From NCBI GenBank assembly GCA_965223415.1, contig OZ245002.1:3488001-3552000 (forward strand): DNA of 64,000 nucleotides. The letters run 5' to 3'. The first letter of the stretch is position 1, and the number at the start of each line of letters is the position of its first letter. Under the pieces are notes generated by a model. The model searched no databases and had not been told where the DNA came from. It worked only from the letters and a program-made list of their open reading frames with translations. The translations under genes and the position numbers were made by a program. This DNA is from Myxococcota bacterium. GTDB lineage: Bacteria > Myxococcota_A > UBA9160 > UBA6930. Of the stretch, positions 51,435 to 61,531 are shown in pieces.

Positions 51435-52011
51435 CGCCGTCGGGCGCCCGGGCTGCCACCCGCAGACCGGCGCCCGGTGCCTCCACCGCCTGGTGGTGCA
51501 GGCTGTTCACCTCTCCGGCTGCGTCACCGAGCCAGGTGGCCAGCCGGGTGCCCGGAACGAGGGCGAGCCCGTGGCGTCCGCGGGCCTCGTCCAGCTGGTG
51601 CTCGTCGGCCTCCGGACGATCGACGGGGAGGTGGTGGTGCAGGCGGCCCCCGGCTTCGAGGGCGAGCAGCTGCATGCCGTAGCAGATGCCCAGCACCGGG
51701 AGCCCCCGGGCCCGGGCACCGGCCAGGAGCGCCGCATCGAAGGCCCGCTGCTCCGGCGCCACCGGCGTGAAGGGCGTCCCGGGCGGGTAGGGCTGCGGCG
51801 GTGGGAAGTCGTCTCCGCCGGGAAGCACGAGTCCGTCGAGTCCGTCGAGGGCGGCGGCCGGCGGGGTCGGCAGCGGCAGGTAGCACGGGGTACCCCCGGC
51901 CTCGGCCACGGCCACCGCGTAGGCCTCGTCCAGGTAGTGATAGCGGCGCCCGGGCCGGAACCGCTCGGCGGCGTCGAGGCACAGGGGAATGCCGATCCGG
52001 GGTGCGGCCAC
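51259..52011 (-). CDS. Gamma-glutamyl hydrolase (peptidase C26 / PuuD-like class I glutamine amidotransferase)
   Basis: LPGGDD, GICYGMQ (nucleophile Cys), NSLHHQA and GVQWHPE motifs. Confidence 0.88.
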   Translation of the reverse strand: MAAPRIGIPLCLDAAERFRPGRRYHYLDEAYAVAVAEAGGTPCYLPLPTPPAAALDGLDGLVLPGGDDFPPPQPYPPGTPFTPVAPEQRAFDAALLAGARARGLPVLGICYGMQLLALEAGGRLHHHLPVDRPEADEHQLDEARGRHGLALVPGTRLATWLGDAAGEVNSLHHQAVEAPGAGLRVAARAPDGVIEAIEGEGPGLQLGVQWHPEKLPGEGRLQLFRGFVDACRTDRDPAPGRGDPEASANR

Positions 52012-52075
52012 GAACGCAGACTAGCCGGCCCGGCTGTGTCAACATGCCCCTTCCCGAAATCAAGGAGGCCTGCCC

Positions 52076-52558
52076 ATGGCGATTCAGGTCGGTGACAAGA
52101 TCCCCTCGGTGAAGCTCAAGATCGTGACGTCGGAGGGTCAGAGCGACGCGACCACCGACGACCTCTTCGGCGGCAAGAAGGTGGTGCTGTTCGCCGTCCC
52201 CGGCGCCTTCACCCCGCTCTGCTCCGCCCAGCACCTGCCCGGCTACATCGAGAAGGCGGGAGAGTTCGCGGCCAAGGGCGTGGACAGCGTCCTGTGCCTC
52301 TCGGTGAACGACGCCTTCGTGATGGACGCCTGGGCCAAGGATCGCGGCGCCGGCGACAAGGTGACCCTCGTGGCGGACGGCTCTGCCGAGTTCACGAAGG
52401 CGGTCGGCCTCGACTTCGACGCGGGCAACTTCGGCATGGGCACGCGTTCCCAGCGCTACGCCCTCGTCGCCGAGGACGGCGTGGTGACGCATCTCGGTGT
52501 CGAGGCGCCGATGAAGTTCGACGTGTCCGGCGCCGACGCGGTCCTCGCAGCCCTGTAG
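52076..52558 (+). CDS. Peroxiredoxin, Prx5 type
   Basis: VPGAFTPLCS and SVNDAFVM motifs; GGAGG RBS. Confidence 0.92.
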   Translation: MAIQVGDKIPSVKLKIVTSEGQSDATTDDLFGGKKVVLFAVPGAFTPLCSAQHLPGYIEKAGEFAAKGVDSVLCLSVNDAFVMDAWAKDRGAGDKVTLVADGSAEFTKAVGLDFDAGNFGMGTRSQRYALVAEDGVVTHLGVEAPMKFDVSGADAVLAAL

Positions 52559-52572
52559 CGGAAACCGGCGGC

Positions 52573-53031
52573 GTGAGCTCCGACCCGCGCACGATCGTCG
52601 CCGAGGCGCGCAGGCGCTACTTCGAGGCGAACGGCCTCGGGGAGGGCGGCTACGCGGACCGATGGGTCGTGCTCCGGCTGGCCGGGGTGCCCGTCGCCGC
52701 CTTCCCGAACACGCGGCAGCGGGTGCGCTCCGTGCGCTTCCACGATCTCCACCACGTGGCGACCGGCTACGGCACGAGCCTGCGCGGCGAGGCGGAGATC
52801 GGGGCGTGGGAGCTGGCCAGCGGGTGCCACGACCACGCCGCGGCGTGGCTCTTGAACGGGGCGGCGGTGCTGCTCGCCGGATGGCTCGCGCCGCGGCGCG
52901 TCGCCCGGGCGTTTCGCGCCGGGCGGCGCTGTCGCAGCCTCTACGCGGAGGAGTGGGATGAGCGCGTTCTCGATCTTTCGGTGGCGGCGCTGCGCGCGCG
53001 ACTCCACATCCCCGAGGCCGGGCTGGCCTAG
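52573..53031 (+). CDS. Hypothetical protein with a Coq4-like HDxxH...E motif
   Basis: HDLHHVATGY...GEAEIGAWE. Confidence 0.55.
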   Translation: MSSDPRTIVAEARRRYFEANGLGEGGYADRWVVLRLAGVPVAAFPNTRQRVRSVRFHDLHHVATGYGTSLRGEAEIGAWELASGCHDHAAAWLLNGAAVLLAGWLAPRRVARAFRAGRRCRSLYAEEWDERVLDLSVAALRARLHIPEAGLA

Positions 53032-54085
53032 CGTCCTGCTCGCGGCGGTCCTGGCTCAGGGCTGCACCTCGCTGGACCCGATCACCACCTGCGAGGCGGG
53101 AGACGGGCTCGAGCCGATCCGCGGCTTCGTGAACCCGGAGGACCTGACGGTCGCCCCCGACGGTGGGTGGCTCCTCGTCAGCCAGTACCCGGCCGCCCGG
53201 GACGCGGCCCTCGGGGACGGGGCGCTGCTCGCCTTCCGTCCCTTCGACGGCGCCCGGCACCGGCTCTATCCGGCGCCCGGCGCCGACGGCGAGGCACGGC
53301 TCGGCGACCCCAGCTGCCCGGGCCCGTCGGACGCGGAGGGCTTCTCTCCCCACGGCATCGACCTGCGCGCCGGCTCCGCCGGCGCCGAGCTCCTGGTCGT
53401 GAACCATGGCGGGCGCGAGGCGATCGAGATCTTCCGCGTCGACACCGCGGAGGCGGCGCCGCGGCTCCATTGGGCCGGCTGCATTCCGCTGCCCGAGGGC
53501 GACATGGCCAACGACGTGGTCGCTCTCCCGGACGGCGGCCTGATCGCCACCCGCATGGTTCCCGCCGAGGGCGGCCTGGGCACGGCGCTGCGTCTCCTCG
53601 CTGGCTGGGACACGGGTTACCTGCTCGAGTGGCAGGCCGGAGAGGGATGGCGGGCGATCGCCGGCAGCGAGGCCAGCGGGCCGAACGGCGTCGAGATCTC
53701 TCCGGACGGGTGCATCGTGTACTTCGCGGCCTGGGGCGGCAAGCGCATCGTGCGCGTGGGCCGCGACGGCCGCGGCCGCCGGGAGGTTCCCGTCGACTTC
53801 CATCCGGACAGCCTCACCTGGGACGCGCAGGGAAGGCTGCTCGCCGCCGGTCAGATGGGCGCGATCTCCGGCATCGCGTCCTGCCTCGAGCGGGGGGAGG
53901 GGACCTGTGGCCTCCCCTTCGGCGTGGTCGGCGTCTCGCCCGATACCCTCGAGGTCACGCCCCTGGTTCGTCACGATCCCGCGACGGTCGGAGGAGCCGC
54001 CTCGGTGGCCCTCGAGCACGAAGGCACGCTGTGGATCGGTACCTTCTCCGGCGACCGCCTGATCCGCGCGAAGGAGGCCCCGTGA
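52958..54085 (+). CDS. SMP-30/gluconolactonase/arylesterase-like beta-propeller lipoprotein
   Basis: Lipobox LAQGC; NPEDL, PHGI, ANDVV and GPNGVE motifs; start uncertain. Confidence 0.7.
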   Translation: MSAFSIFRWRRCARDSTSPRPGWPSVLLAAVLAQGCTSLDPITTCEAGDGLEPIRGFVNPEDLTVAPDGGWLLVSQYPAARDAALGDGALLAFRPFDGARHRLYPAPGADGEARLGDPSCPGPSDAEGFSPHGIDLRAGSAGAELLVVNHGGREAIEIFRVDTAEAAPRLHWAGCIPLPEGDMANDVVALPDGGLIATRMVPAEGGLGTALRLLAGWDTGYLLEWQAGEGWRAIAGSEASGPNGVEISPDGCIVYFAAWGGKRIVRVGRDGRGRREVPVDFHPDSLTWDAQGRLLAAGQMGAISGIASCLERGEGTCGLPFGVVGVSPDTLEVTPLVRHDPATVGGAASVALEHEGTLWIGTFSGDRLIRAKEAP

Positions 54086-54465
54086 AGCCGATCGGCGACG
54101 AGACCTACGTGAACCTCGCCACCTTCCGCAAGAGCGGCGCCGAGGTGCGCACGCCGGTCTGGATCGCACCGGGTCCGGGCGGCGAGCGCCTCTACGTCTA
54201 CACGAACCGCACCTCGGGCAAGGTGAAACGCATCCGCAACGGCGCCCGGGTCCGCCTCGCGCCCTGCACCGCCACCGGCCGCGTCACCGGCGACTGGGTG
54301 GAGGGCGAGGCGCGCATGCTCGACGCGCCGGCCGAACGCGACCGCGGGCTCGATGCCGTCGTCCGGAAGTACGGCTGGCAGATGCGCGCCGCGCTCCTCA
54401 CTTCGCGGGTCTCCGGCCGCTACGCGGACCGGGCGGCGATCGAGATCCGGCTGACGGAGGGGTGA
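54082..54465 (+). CDS. PPOX-class F420-dependent oxidoreductase
   Basis: YVNLATFRKSG...TPVW and SGKVKRIRN...KYG motifs. Confidence 0.85.
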   Translation: MKPIGDETYVNLATFRKSGAEVRTPVWIAPGPGGERLYVYTNRTSGKVKRIRNGARVRLAPCTATGRVTGDWVEGEARMLDAPAERDRGLDAVVRKYGWQMRAALLTSRVSGRYADRAAIEIRLTEG

Positions 54466-54563
54466 ACAGGGGCTCCGGGCTTCGCGCCGGGCCCCAGGCC
54501 CTGGTTCGGGCGCCCGTGGGCGAGACCGCATCCGTCACGCCCGCGCGATAGCCTTGGCGCACG

Positions 54564-57500
54564 ATGGGGAACGGGATGGAAGGGGCTGTCGTCGCCTGCC
54601 GCGGTGCGCGGGCCGCCGAGGAGCGGCTGGTGGGCGAGGTCGTGGCGCTCGTCGAGGCGGCGGCCCGCACGCCGGGTGGCCTGCTCCGGCCGGTTCGCGT
54701 GCTCGTTCCGTCGGCCAGCCTGCGCGAGCACCTGTGCGCACGCCTGGTGCGCGACCGCCCGGCGCTCCTGGGCGTGGAGGTAACGACCCTCGCCGCCTGT
54801 GCCCGGTCCCTGGCCGCCCGCCGGCCGGGCCCGGCGCGGAGAGGCGAGCCCCTGCTGCCGGTCCTGGCGCGTCGGGCCGCGCGGGAAGAGCCGGAGCTGC
54901 AGCGCGAGCTGCGGGATCCGGGCGGACGGGGCGGCGTGCTGGTCGGCGTGGTGCGCGATCTGCTCGACGCCGGCTTCGAGCCCGCCCACGAAGAGGGCGT
55001 CTGCGATCGTCTCTCCCAGCTCGCCACGGGTCGGCCCCGGGAGCGCGCGCTCGCCCTGGTGCGGGTCGCGCGCCGGGTGTTCGTCGCCTGCGAGCAGGGT
55101 GGGCTGGTGCCGCGGGCGGCGCTCTACCGCGCCGCGCGGGAGGTGCTCGAGGAGGAGGGCGAAGCCGCGCTTCCGTCGACGGCGGTCCGGATCCACGGGG
55201 TCGCGGATGCGACCGGCGTCGTGAGCGACCTGATCGCCGCCCTGGTGCGCGAGCTGGGTGCCCGGGTGACGCTGCCGCTTCCCGACGACCCGGCCTTCCC
55301 CGGGGCTCCGGCACCGGGTCACCGCTTCACCGATCGGCTCCTCGAACGCCTGGGCGAGCCGGCCCCGGCCGATCCGGCTTCGGGGGCCGAGCCGGCCGCG
55401 GCCGATTCCGACGCCGAACCGCCGCGGCTCGTGCTCCAGCGGGCGCAGGGTGCGAGCGCCGAGGCCCGGGCGACGGCGCTCGAGCTGCGGGCCCGCCTCG
55501 ACGCCGGCGCCGTGCCGGAGCGCCTGGGCATCGTGGCGCGGGATCTCGGCGGCTATCGGCTGGCGCTCTCCCGGGAGCTTCGCGCGTTCGGCATCCCCTT
55601 CTCCGGCGGCCAGGGCTTCGCCACCCGCGAGACGCGCCGGGTGCGGGCGCTGCTCGCGCTGCTGACCGAGGGGGGCGAGTGCACCGCCGACCGCTGGCTC
55701 GACGCCGCCGACGCCTTCCGGGGCGGGCATCTCGCGGACCTGCGGCTCGGGCTCCACGGGCTCGGCATCGGGCGACTGCGGGACGTCGCCGCCCTCGACC
55801 TCGAAGCGCGCCTCGGCGCGGCGAGCGGGCTCCGCCTGCCCGCGGTGCGTGGCGTGGTCGACGACGAGGAGGATCTGCTCTCCGGCGCGGGCGAGGTCTC
55901 CCGCCCGCGGACGCCGTCCCGCCTGCTGCGCCGACACATCTCCCGCAAGACGCTCGCCTGGGCCGTGGCGGCGGCCGGCGCCGCCCTCGAGTGGCTCGAG
56001 GGCTTCGCGAAGTGCCGCGCGCTTTCGGTCCACGGCGAAGCCCTGGATGCGCTGCTGGACGGTCCCCTCGGCTGGCGCCCGACGACCCCGGGGCGCGAGC
56101 TGGTCCGGGCCGCCCGCGACGGGCTGGCAGCAGAGCTGCTCCCGCACTGGGAGTTCGACGGTGAGGAGCTGGCGCTCCTGCTGGCCGGCCCGCTCGAGGG
56201 CGCCGGCACACCCGGCCTGGGCGGGGAGGGCGGCGGTGTCCAGGTGCTCTCGGCCATGGAGGCCCGCGGCCGTTGCTTCGACGCGCTCTTCCTCCTCGGC
56301 CTGAACCGCGACAGCTTCCCGCGACCCGTCGTGGAGGATCCGCTGCTTCCCGACGGGCTGCGCCGGGGGCTGCTGCCGCTGCTGCCGGACCTTCCGGTGA
56401 AGGGCCGGGGCTTCGACGAGGAGCGGCACCTGTTCGCCTGGCTGTGTTCGGCGGCGCCGGAGGTGGTGCTCTCCTGGCAGGCGGTCAGCGACGACGGGAA
56501 GGAGCGGCCGCGCTCCCCGTTGGTCGAGCGCGTGCTCCTGGCCCGGCCCGAGCTGCCCGTGCGCGAAGCCCTGGCACCGGTCGAGGCGGAGGCGGCCCTG
56601 CGGCCCCTTGGCGAGCAGGTACAGCGCGCTGGGCTCCACGGCGGGCCGCGGGCCCAGGCGGCCCTGCTCGGTGCCCTGGACCGGGAGCGCGGGGCCACCC
56701 GCATGGCGGTGCAGGCCGAGCTGGAAGGGCGGGGGCCGGCCCGGCAGGAGCCCGGTCCCTACTCGGGCTTCGTCGGTGCCGATCCCGCGCGCCTCGAGGG
56801 GCTCTTCGTGACCCGCCTCGAGCGCCTCTCCTGGTGCCCCTGGCAGCACTTCCTCGAGCGCCACCTCGGCCTGGAGCCGGTTCCGGACGCCTTCGCCGCG
56901 CTTCCCGACACCAGCCCGGCCCTGCTCGGCAACGTGGTCCACGACGCCCTCGAAGCCCTGGTCGAGCGGGCGGGCGCACCCACTCGGCGCCCTCTGGCAG
57001 AGGGGGCCGACGAGGCCCCGGTCGACGTGCCCTGGCCGGACGACACCGAGCTCGATGCGCTGCTCCTCGCCGCCGCCCACCGGGCTGCCTCCGAGGAGGG
57101 GATCGTGCTGCCGGCGTTCGCCCACTTCCTGGCCCGGCGGGCGCGGCCGCTCCTGGTGCGCATCGGTGAGCTGGAGACCCGGGACGGCGTGCTGCCCGGC
57201 GTCGTCGGCGCTGAGCTCGAGGCGTCGCGTCCGGTGACCGGGCCGAAGGGTCCCGTCGAGCTGCGGTTCCGGGCCGATCGCGTCGACCTTCGGGAGAAGG
57301 GCCTCGAGCTGGTCGACTACAAGACCGGTCGTCCGGTCTCCGACGCGAAGCGGGCGTCGACGCGGGAGGGGCACCTGCTCACGCAGGTCCGCGAGGGCAA
57401 GCGGCTGCAGGTCGCCGCCTACGCCGCGCCGGGGGGCGCCACCGCGGCGCGGGTCGGCCGCTTCGTGTTCGGCCGACCCGGCCTCGAAGACGACCACGCC

Positions 57501-57785
57501 CTCGTGCGCGTCGAGGCCGAGGACGCCGCCGCCCGGGCGGCTTTCGACGACGCCGCGGGCATCCTCCTCCGCGCGCTCGCTGCAGGTGCGTTGCCGCCGC
57601 GGCTGCTCAACCCCCAGCTCACCGAAGAGAACAACGCCTGCGAGCACTGCGAGCTGGCCGAGGCCTGCGGGCGGGGCGACAGCGGTGCTCGCCGGCGCTT
57701 CGCCGCCTGGATCCGCGGCAGGGGCGGCTCCGACGCCGTGCGCGCCGCAAGGGACGCCTTCGATCTCCGGACGGGCGGCGCGTGA
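54564..57785 (+). CDS. AddB-like inactive helicase / PD-(D/E)XK nuclease subunit
   Basis: ARGRCFD, RADRVD...VDYKTG motifs; Fe-S-type Cys set CPWQHF and CEHCELAEAC. Confidence 0.8.
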   Translation: MGNGMEGAVVACRGARAAEERLVGEVVALVEAAARTPGGLLRPVRVLVPSASLREHLCARLVRDRPALLGVEVTTLAACARSLAARRPGPARRGEPLLPVLARRAAREEPELQRELRDPGGRGGVLVGVVRDLLDAGFEPAHEEGVCDRLSQLATGRPRERALALVRVARRVFVACEQGGLVPRAALYRAAREVLEEEGEAALPSTAVRIHGVADATGVVSDLIAALVRELGARVTLPLPDDPAFPGAPAPGHRFTDRLLERLGEPAPADPASGAEPAAADSDAEPPRLVLQRAQGASAEARATALELRARLDAGAVPERLGIVARDLGGYRLALSRELRAFGIPFSGGQGFATRETRRVRALLALLTEGGECTADRWLDAADAFRGGHLADLRLGLHGLGIGRLRDVAALDLEARLGAASGLRLPAVRGVVDDEEDLLSGAGEVSRPRTPSRLLRRHISRKTLAWAVAAAGAALEWLEGFAKCRALSVHGEALDALLDGPLGWRPTTPGRELVRAARDGLAAELLPHWEFDGEELALLLAGPLEGAGTPGLGGEGGGVQVLSAMEARGRCFDALFLLGLNRDSFPRPVVEDPLLPDGLRRGLLPLLPDLPVKGRGFDEERHLFAWLCSAAPEVVLSWQAVSDDGKERPRSPLVERVLLARPELPVREALAPVEAEAALRPLGEQVQRAGLHGGPRAQAALLGALDRERGATRMAVQAELEGRGPARQEPGPYSGFVGADPARLEGLFVTRLERLSWCPWQHFLERHLGLEPVPDAFAALPDTSPALLGNVVHDALEALVERAGAPTRRPLAEGADEAPVDVPWPDDTELDALLLAAAHRAASEEGIVLPAFAHFLARRARPLLVRIGELETRDGVLPGVVGAELEASRPVTGPKGPVELRFRADRVDLREKGLELVDYKTGRPVSDAKRASTREGHLLTQVREGKRLQVAAYAAPGGATAARVGRFVFGRPGLEDDHALVRVEAEDAAARAAFDDAAGILLRALAAGALPPRLLNPQLTEENNACEHCELAEACGRGDSGARRRFAAWIRGRGGSDAVRAARDAFDLRTGGA

Positions 57786-60700
57786 CCCGCCCCGACGACC
57801 GCAAGCTCCGGGACGCCGATCGCCGCGCTCGCGAAGAGGCGCAGCTGCGCTTCGATCGTCCCCTCGTGCTCGAGGCGGGCGCCGGCACCGGCAAGACGGC
57901 AGTGCTGGTCGCCCGCATCGTGGTGTGGTGCCTCGGGCCGGGCTGGGAGCGGGCGGAGGCGCGGCTCGCCGGGCGCTCGGGGCCCGCGGCGCCGGCTCGC
58001 GCCGAGCAGGTGGCGGCGGAGGTGCTTCGCGGCGTTGTGGCCATCACGTTCACCGAGGCGGCTGCGGCGGAGATGGCCTCCCGGGTCGCCGAGGCCCTGC
58101 TCGACCTGCGCGGCGGCGGGCTGCCCCAGGGCTTCCTCGAGCGCGCGCTCCCGCCCCCGTTGATGCGGCATCCGCGTATCGAGGCTCTGGTCGGCGCGCT
58201 CGACCAGCTCGCCGTGCGCACGATCCACGCGGCCTGCCGGCGCTGGCTGGCCGCCCACGCGGTGGACGCGGGCCTGCGGCCGGGCTTCGAGGTGGACGCG
58301 GACGGCCAGCAGCAGGCCGAGGCGGCCCGGGAGGCGCTCGAGGCCCTCCTGCCTCGCGCCTTCGGCGAGTCCTTCGATCCGGACTTCGGCGTCCTGACCG
58401 ACGCGGGTCTCGGGCCGCGGGACGTGGAGGAGGCGCTGATCACCCTGCTCGCCGAGGGCGCCGCGCCGGACGACCTGGCCGGCGAGCCGATCACGCCGGA
58501 CGCCCTGGCCACGCTCGCCGCCCGCCTGCGGGACGCCGTCGACCGCTTTCTCGCGGTCGAGGCCGGGCGCCTGGCCGGGCTCGGCGGCAAGGCGCCGGCG
58601 GTGACCCGAACGATGGAGCGGCTCCTCGCCACCCGCGCCGCGCTCGAGGGCGACCCGCCCGGGGATGCGGAAGGCTGGCAGCCGCTGCGCCAGGCGCTGG
58701 CCGCGCTGTGGCCCGGAGCGCCGAAGGACATGGGTCGTCTGATCGCCTGGGCGAAGGGCGACTTCCCCGCCCGGGCCGAGCTCGGCGACGACGCCGAGGC
58801 CCTCCAGGGCCTCGCCGCTCCCCTGCTGCACGGGCTGCGCCACGTGCTTCGCTTCGACCCGGTCCTGCTCGGTGCGGCGCGGCGGGTGCTGCACGAGCTG
58901 CTCGCCGATGCCCACGAGAGGCTGCAGGATCGCGGTGCCCTCACCTTCGGCGGCCTCCTGCGGGGCGCCCGGGACCTCCTGGATGCGCGGCCCGACGTCG
59001 CCGCCCGCCTGCGCGGCGAGATCGATCAGCTCCTGGTCGACGAGTTCCAGGACACCGACGCCCTCCAGTGCGAGATCCTGGAGCGGCTCGCCCTGGAGGG
59101 CGACGAGGGGGAGCGCCCCGGCCTCTTCCTGGTCGGCGATCCGAAGCAGTCGATCTACGGCTGGCGGGGAGCGGACCTGCGCGCCTACCAGGGCTTCGTC
59201 GCCCGGGCTCGTGCAGCCGAAGGGGAGGTGTTGCCGCTGGTCGTGAACTTCCGCTCGACGGCGGCGGTGCTCGACGAGGTCGAGCGCCTGATCGAGCCGG
59301 TCATGCAGGAGGCCCCCGGCTTCCAGCCCGCCTTCCAGCGGCTGCTTCCGCGGGAGGGCGAGAGGCCGGAAGACCTCCCCACTCCCTTCCGTCCCGTCGA
59401 GCACTGGATCAGCTGGCCCGCGGGCGATGACGGCGTGCCCGACCCGGGTCGGCCCAAGCGCGAGGCCAGCGAGCTGGAGGCCCGGCGCGTGGCCGCCGAT
59501 CTGCAGCGCCTGCGCGCAGCCGGCGTCTCCCCCGGCGACGTCGCCCTGCTGCTCCGCTCCACCGGCGACTTCGACGTCTACCTGGGCGCCCTGCGCGAGG
59601 CCGGGATCCCCTACGTCGTCGAGCGCGAGGAGCAGCACGGCCGCCGCCGCGAGGTGGTCGACGCCCTCGCCTGGCTCCGCTGCCTGCTCGACCCGAACGA
59701 CGCGCTCGCTCTGGTGGCCACCTTGCGCTCGTCGCTGGTCGGTGTACCCGACGCGGCGCTCGTGCCCCTCTGGCGGCGAAAGCTGCCGGAACGGGTCGCC
59801 CGGCTGCGCGGCGCCCCCGCCGACGAGATCGAGACGCTCTGCCGCGAGGTACGGGAGGTCGCGAAGGCGTTGCCGCCGGAGGTGCCGGGCCTCGAGCGCA
59901 TCGCCGGCTGGGAGGAGGGCCTGGTCGCCTTCCTGCGCGAGCTCGGCCCGCTGCGCGCGCTGGCGGAAGAGGGGCCCGTGGATCGCTTCGTGGAGGCGTT
60001 GCGCGGGCCCTTCGGGCTCGAGGCCGCCGAGGCCGGGCGCCACCTGGGCGCGCACCGTCTCGCCAGCCTCGACCGGGTGTTCCGGGAGCTCGCCCTCGCG
60101 CTCGAGAGCACCGGTGGCTCCGCCGCCGCCGTGCTCTCCTACCTGCGCCGGGCCGGCGGACCGGACCGCGAGCACCGGGAAGGGCGGCGCCGCGCCTTCC
60201 ACGAGGACGCGGTGCACGTCATGACCGTGCACAAGGCCAAGGGTCTGGGCTTCCGTCACGTCTACCTGCTGCAGAGCCACAAGGGAGAGGCGCGGGATGC
60301 GGCCCGGCGCACCACCTGGGTGCACCGGGGCGGGCGCAGCGAGTACGTGCTGTTCGGGGCCGCGACGCCGGGCATGCTCTCCCTCGAGGAAGAGCGCGCG
60401 GAGGTCGAGGCCAGCGAGCGGGTGCGGCTGCTCTACGTGGCGGCGACCCGCGCGAAGCAGCGCCTCGTGATCGCCGGCAAGCGTCCGGCGCGGCCGCGCA
60501 ACGCCGCGCCCACTTCGTTCTCCGACCTGCTCGGCCGGCGTCGACGTGCCCCCGCCGACCTGGCGGCGGCCCTGGCCGAGGCCACCGCCGAAGGGCGCAC
60601 CCACGACGGCGACGGCGTGATGTGGGGCTTCCCCGCCCTCTGGCCGCCGCCGGAGCCCCTGCCCGCGGAATCTGGAACCGCGGCCCTGCTGTCTGCCGCG

Positions 60701-61357
60701 GAGGTCCTCGCCGGGGAAGAGCGGCTGGAAGCCGCCCGGGAGGCGGCACGGGAACGGGAGGGGCGGCCGTTCCGCGACACCGCCTCGTCCCGTCACGCTC
60801 CCCTGGACGACGAGGGGGGGAGCGTCGGCGCCCGCGACCCGCGGGCCCGCGCCCGCGCGATGGAGGTGGGCAATGCGGTGCATGCCTGGCTCGAGGAGCT
60901 GGCCCTCGAGACGCCGCCCGACACCTGGCCTCCCGGGCTGGAGGCGGCGCTCGACGACCAGGGCCTGGATCCCGAGAGCCGGGCCCGCGCCGCCCAGCTC
61001 GCCGAGCGCTTCGTCGGCTCGCCGCTGGCCGCCCGTCTGCACGGGCTCGCCGGGCGCCTGATCGGGCGGGAGGTGCCGCTGCTCCTCGCGCCGGAGGAGG
61101 GCCGCGACCCGAGCGTGGGCTGTGTGGTCGGCAACATCGATCTCCTCTACCGCGACGAGGACGGCGAAGTGGTGGTCGCCGACTACAAGACCGATGCGGT
61201 CCGCGGCGCCGACGCCCTGGCCGCTCGCAGCCAGGCCTACGCCGGCCAGGGCCAGGTCTACGTCCGGGCCGTCCAGGCCGCCCTGGGCCTGGCCGAGCCC
61301 CCGCGCTTCGAGCTCTGGTTCCTCGACGCCGGCCGGATCGTCACGCCCGGGCCGTGA
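57782..61357 (+). CDS. AddA/UvrD-like helicase-nuclease
   Basis: AGAGTGKT, TFTEAAA, VDEFQDTD, VGDPKQSIY, TVHKAKGL, YVAATRA and IDL...DYKT motifs. Confidence 0.9.
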   Translation: MTRPDDRKLRDADRRAREEAQLRFDRPLVLEAGAGTGKTAVLVARIVVWCLGPGWERAEARLAGRSGPAAPARAEQVAAEVLRGVVAITFTEAAAAEMASRVAEALLDLRGGGLPQGFLERALPPPLMRHPRIEALVGALDQLAVRTIHAACRRWLAAHAVDAGLRPGFEVDADGQQQAEAAREALEALLPRAFGESFDPDFGVLTDAGLGPRDVEEALITLLAEGAAPDDLAGEPITPDALATLAARLRDAVDRFLAVEAGRLAGLGGKAPAVTRTMERLLATRAALEGDPPGDAEGWQPLRQALAALWPGAPKDMGRLIAWAKGDFPARAELGDDAEALQGLAAPLLHGLRHVLRFDPVLLGAARRVLHELLADAHERLQDRGALTFGGLLRGARDLLDARPDVAARLRGEIDQLLVDEFQDTDALQCEILERLALEGDEGERPGLFLVGDPKQSIYGWRGADLRAYQGFVARARAAEGEVLPLVVNFRSTAAVLDEVERLIEPVMQEAPGFQPAFQRLLPREGERPEDLPTPFRPVEHWISWPAGDDGVPDPGRPKREASELEARRVAADLQRLRAAGVSPGDVALLLRSTGDFDVYLGALREAGIPYVVEREEQHGRRREVVDALAWLRCLLDPNDALALVATLRSSLVGVPDAALVPLWRRKLPERVARLRGAPADEIETLCREVREVAKALPPEVPGLERIAGWEEGLVAFLRELGPLRALAEEGPVDRFVEALRGPFGLEAAEAGRHLGAHRLASLDRVFRELALALESTGGSAAAVLSYLRRAGGPDREHREGRRRAFHEDAVHVMTVHKAKGLGFRHVYLLQSHKGEARDAARRTTWVHRGGRSEYVLFGAATPGMLSLEEERAEVEASERVRLLYVAATRAKQRLVIAGKRPARPRNAAPTSFSDLLGRRRRAPADLAAALAEATAEGRTHDGDGVMWGFPALWPPPEPLPAESGTAALLSAAEVLAGEERLEAAREAAREREGRPFRDTASSRHAPLDDEGGSVGARDPRARARAMEVGNAVHAWLEELALETPPDTWPPGLEAALDDQGLDPESRARAAQLAERFVGSPLAARLHGLAGRLIGREVPLLLAPEEGRDPSVGCVVGNIDLLYRDEDGEVVVADYKTDAVRGADALAARSQAYAGQGQVYVRAVQAALGLAEPPRFELWFLDAGRIVTPGP

Positions 61358-61531
61358 AGCCCGGCGCGAGGGCTTCCGCTCCCACGGGTTCGCCAGCCCC
61401 GACCGGTGAGGCCGGTCACCTCGGGAGGGCGCAACTCACGGGCTTCCTGGCCGCCAGCGCACGGGGACCGGCGGAACCCCCTCAAGCGAGTCGGGAGGGG
61501 GGTCGATGCAAGCTCCGATGGGGAGCGAAGT

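Noticed and set aside
54420..61042. Long minus-strand ORFs (1075 and 1207 aa)
   Set aside because: Antisense to the well-supported AddB/AddA-like genes, with no motifs of their own
54564..61357. Helicase plus PD-(D/E)XK nuclease pair considered as a defence system or Cas4
   Set aside because: Architecture, size and gene order fit a housekeeping AddAB-type repair complex
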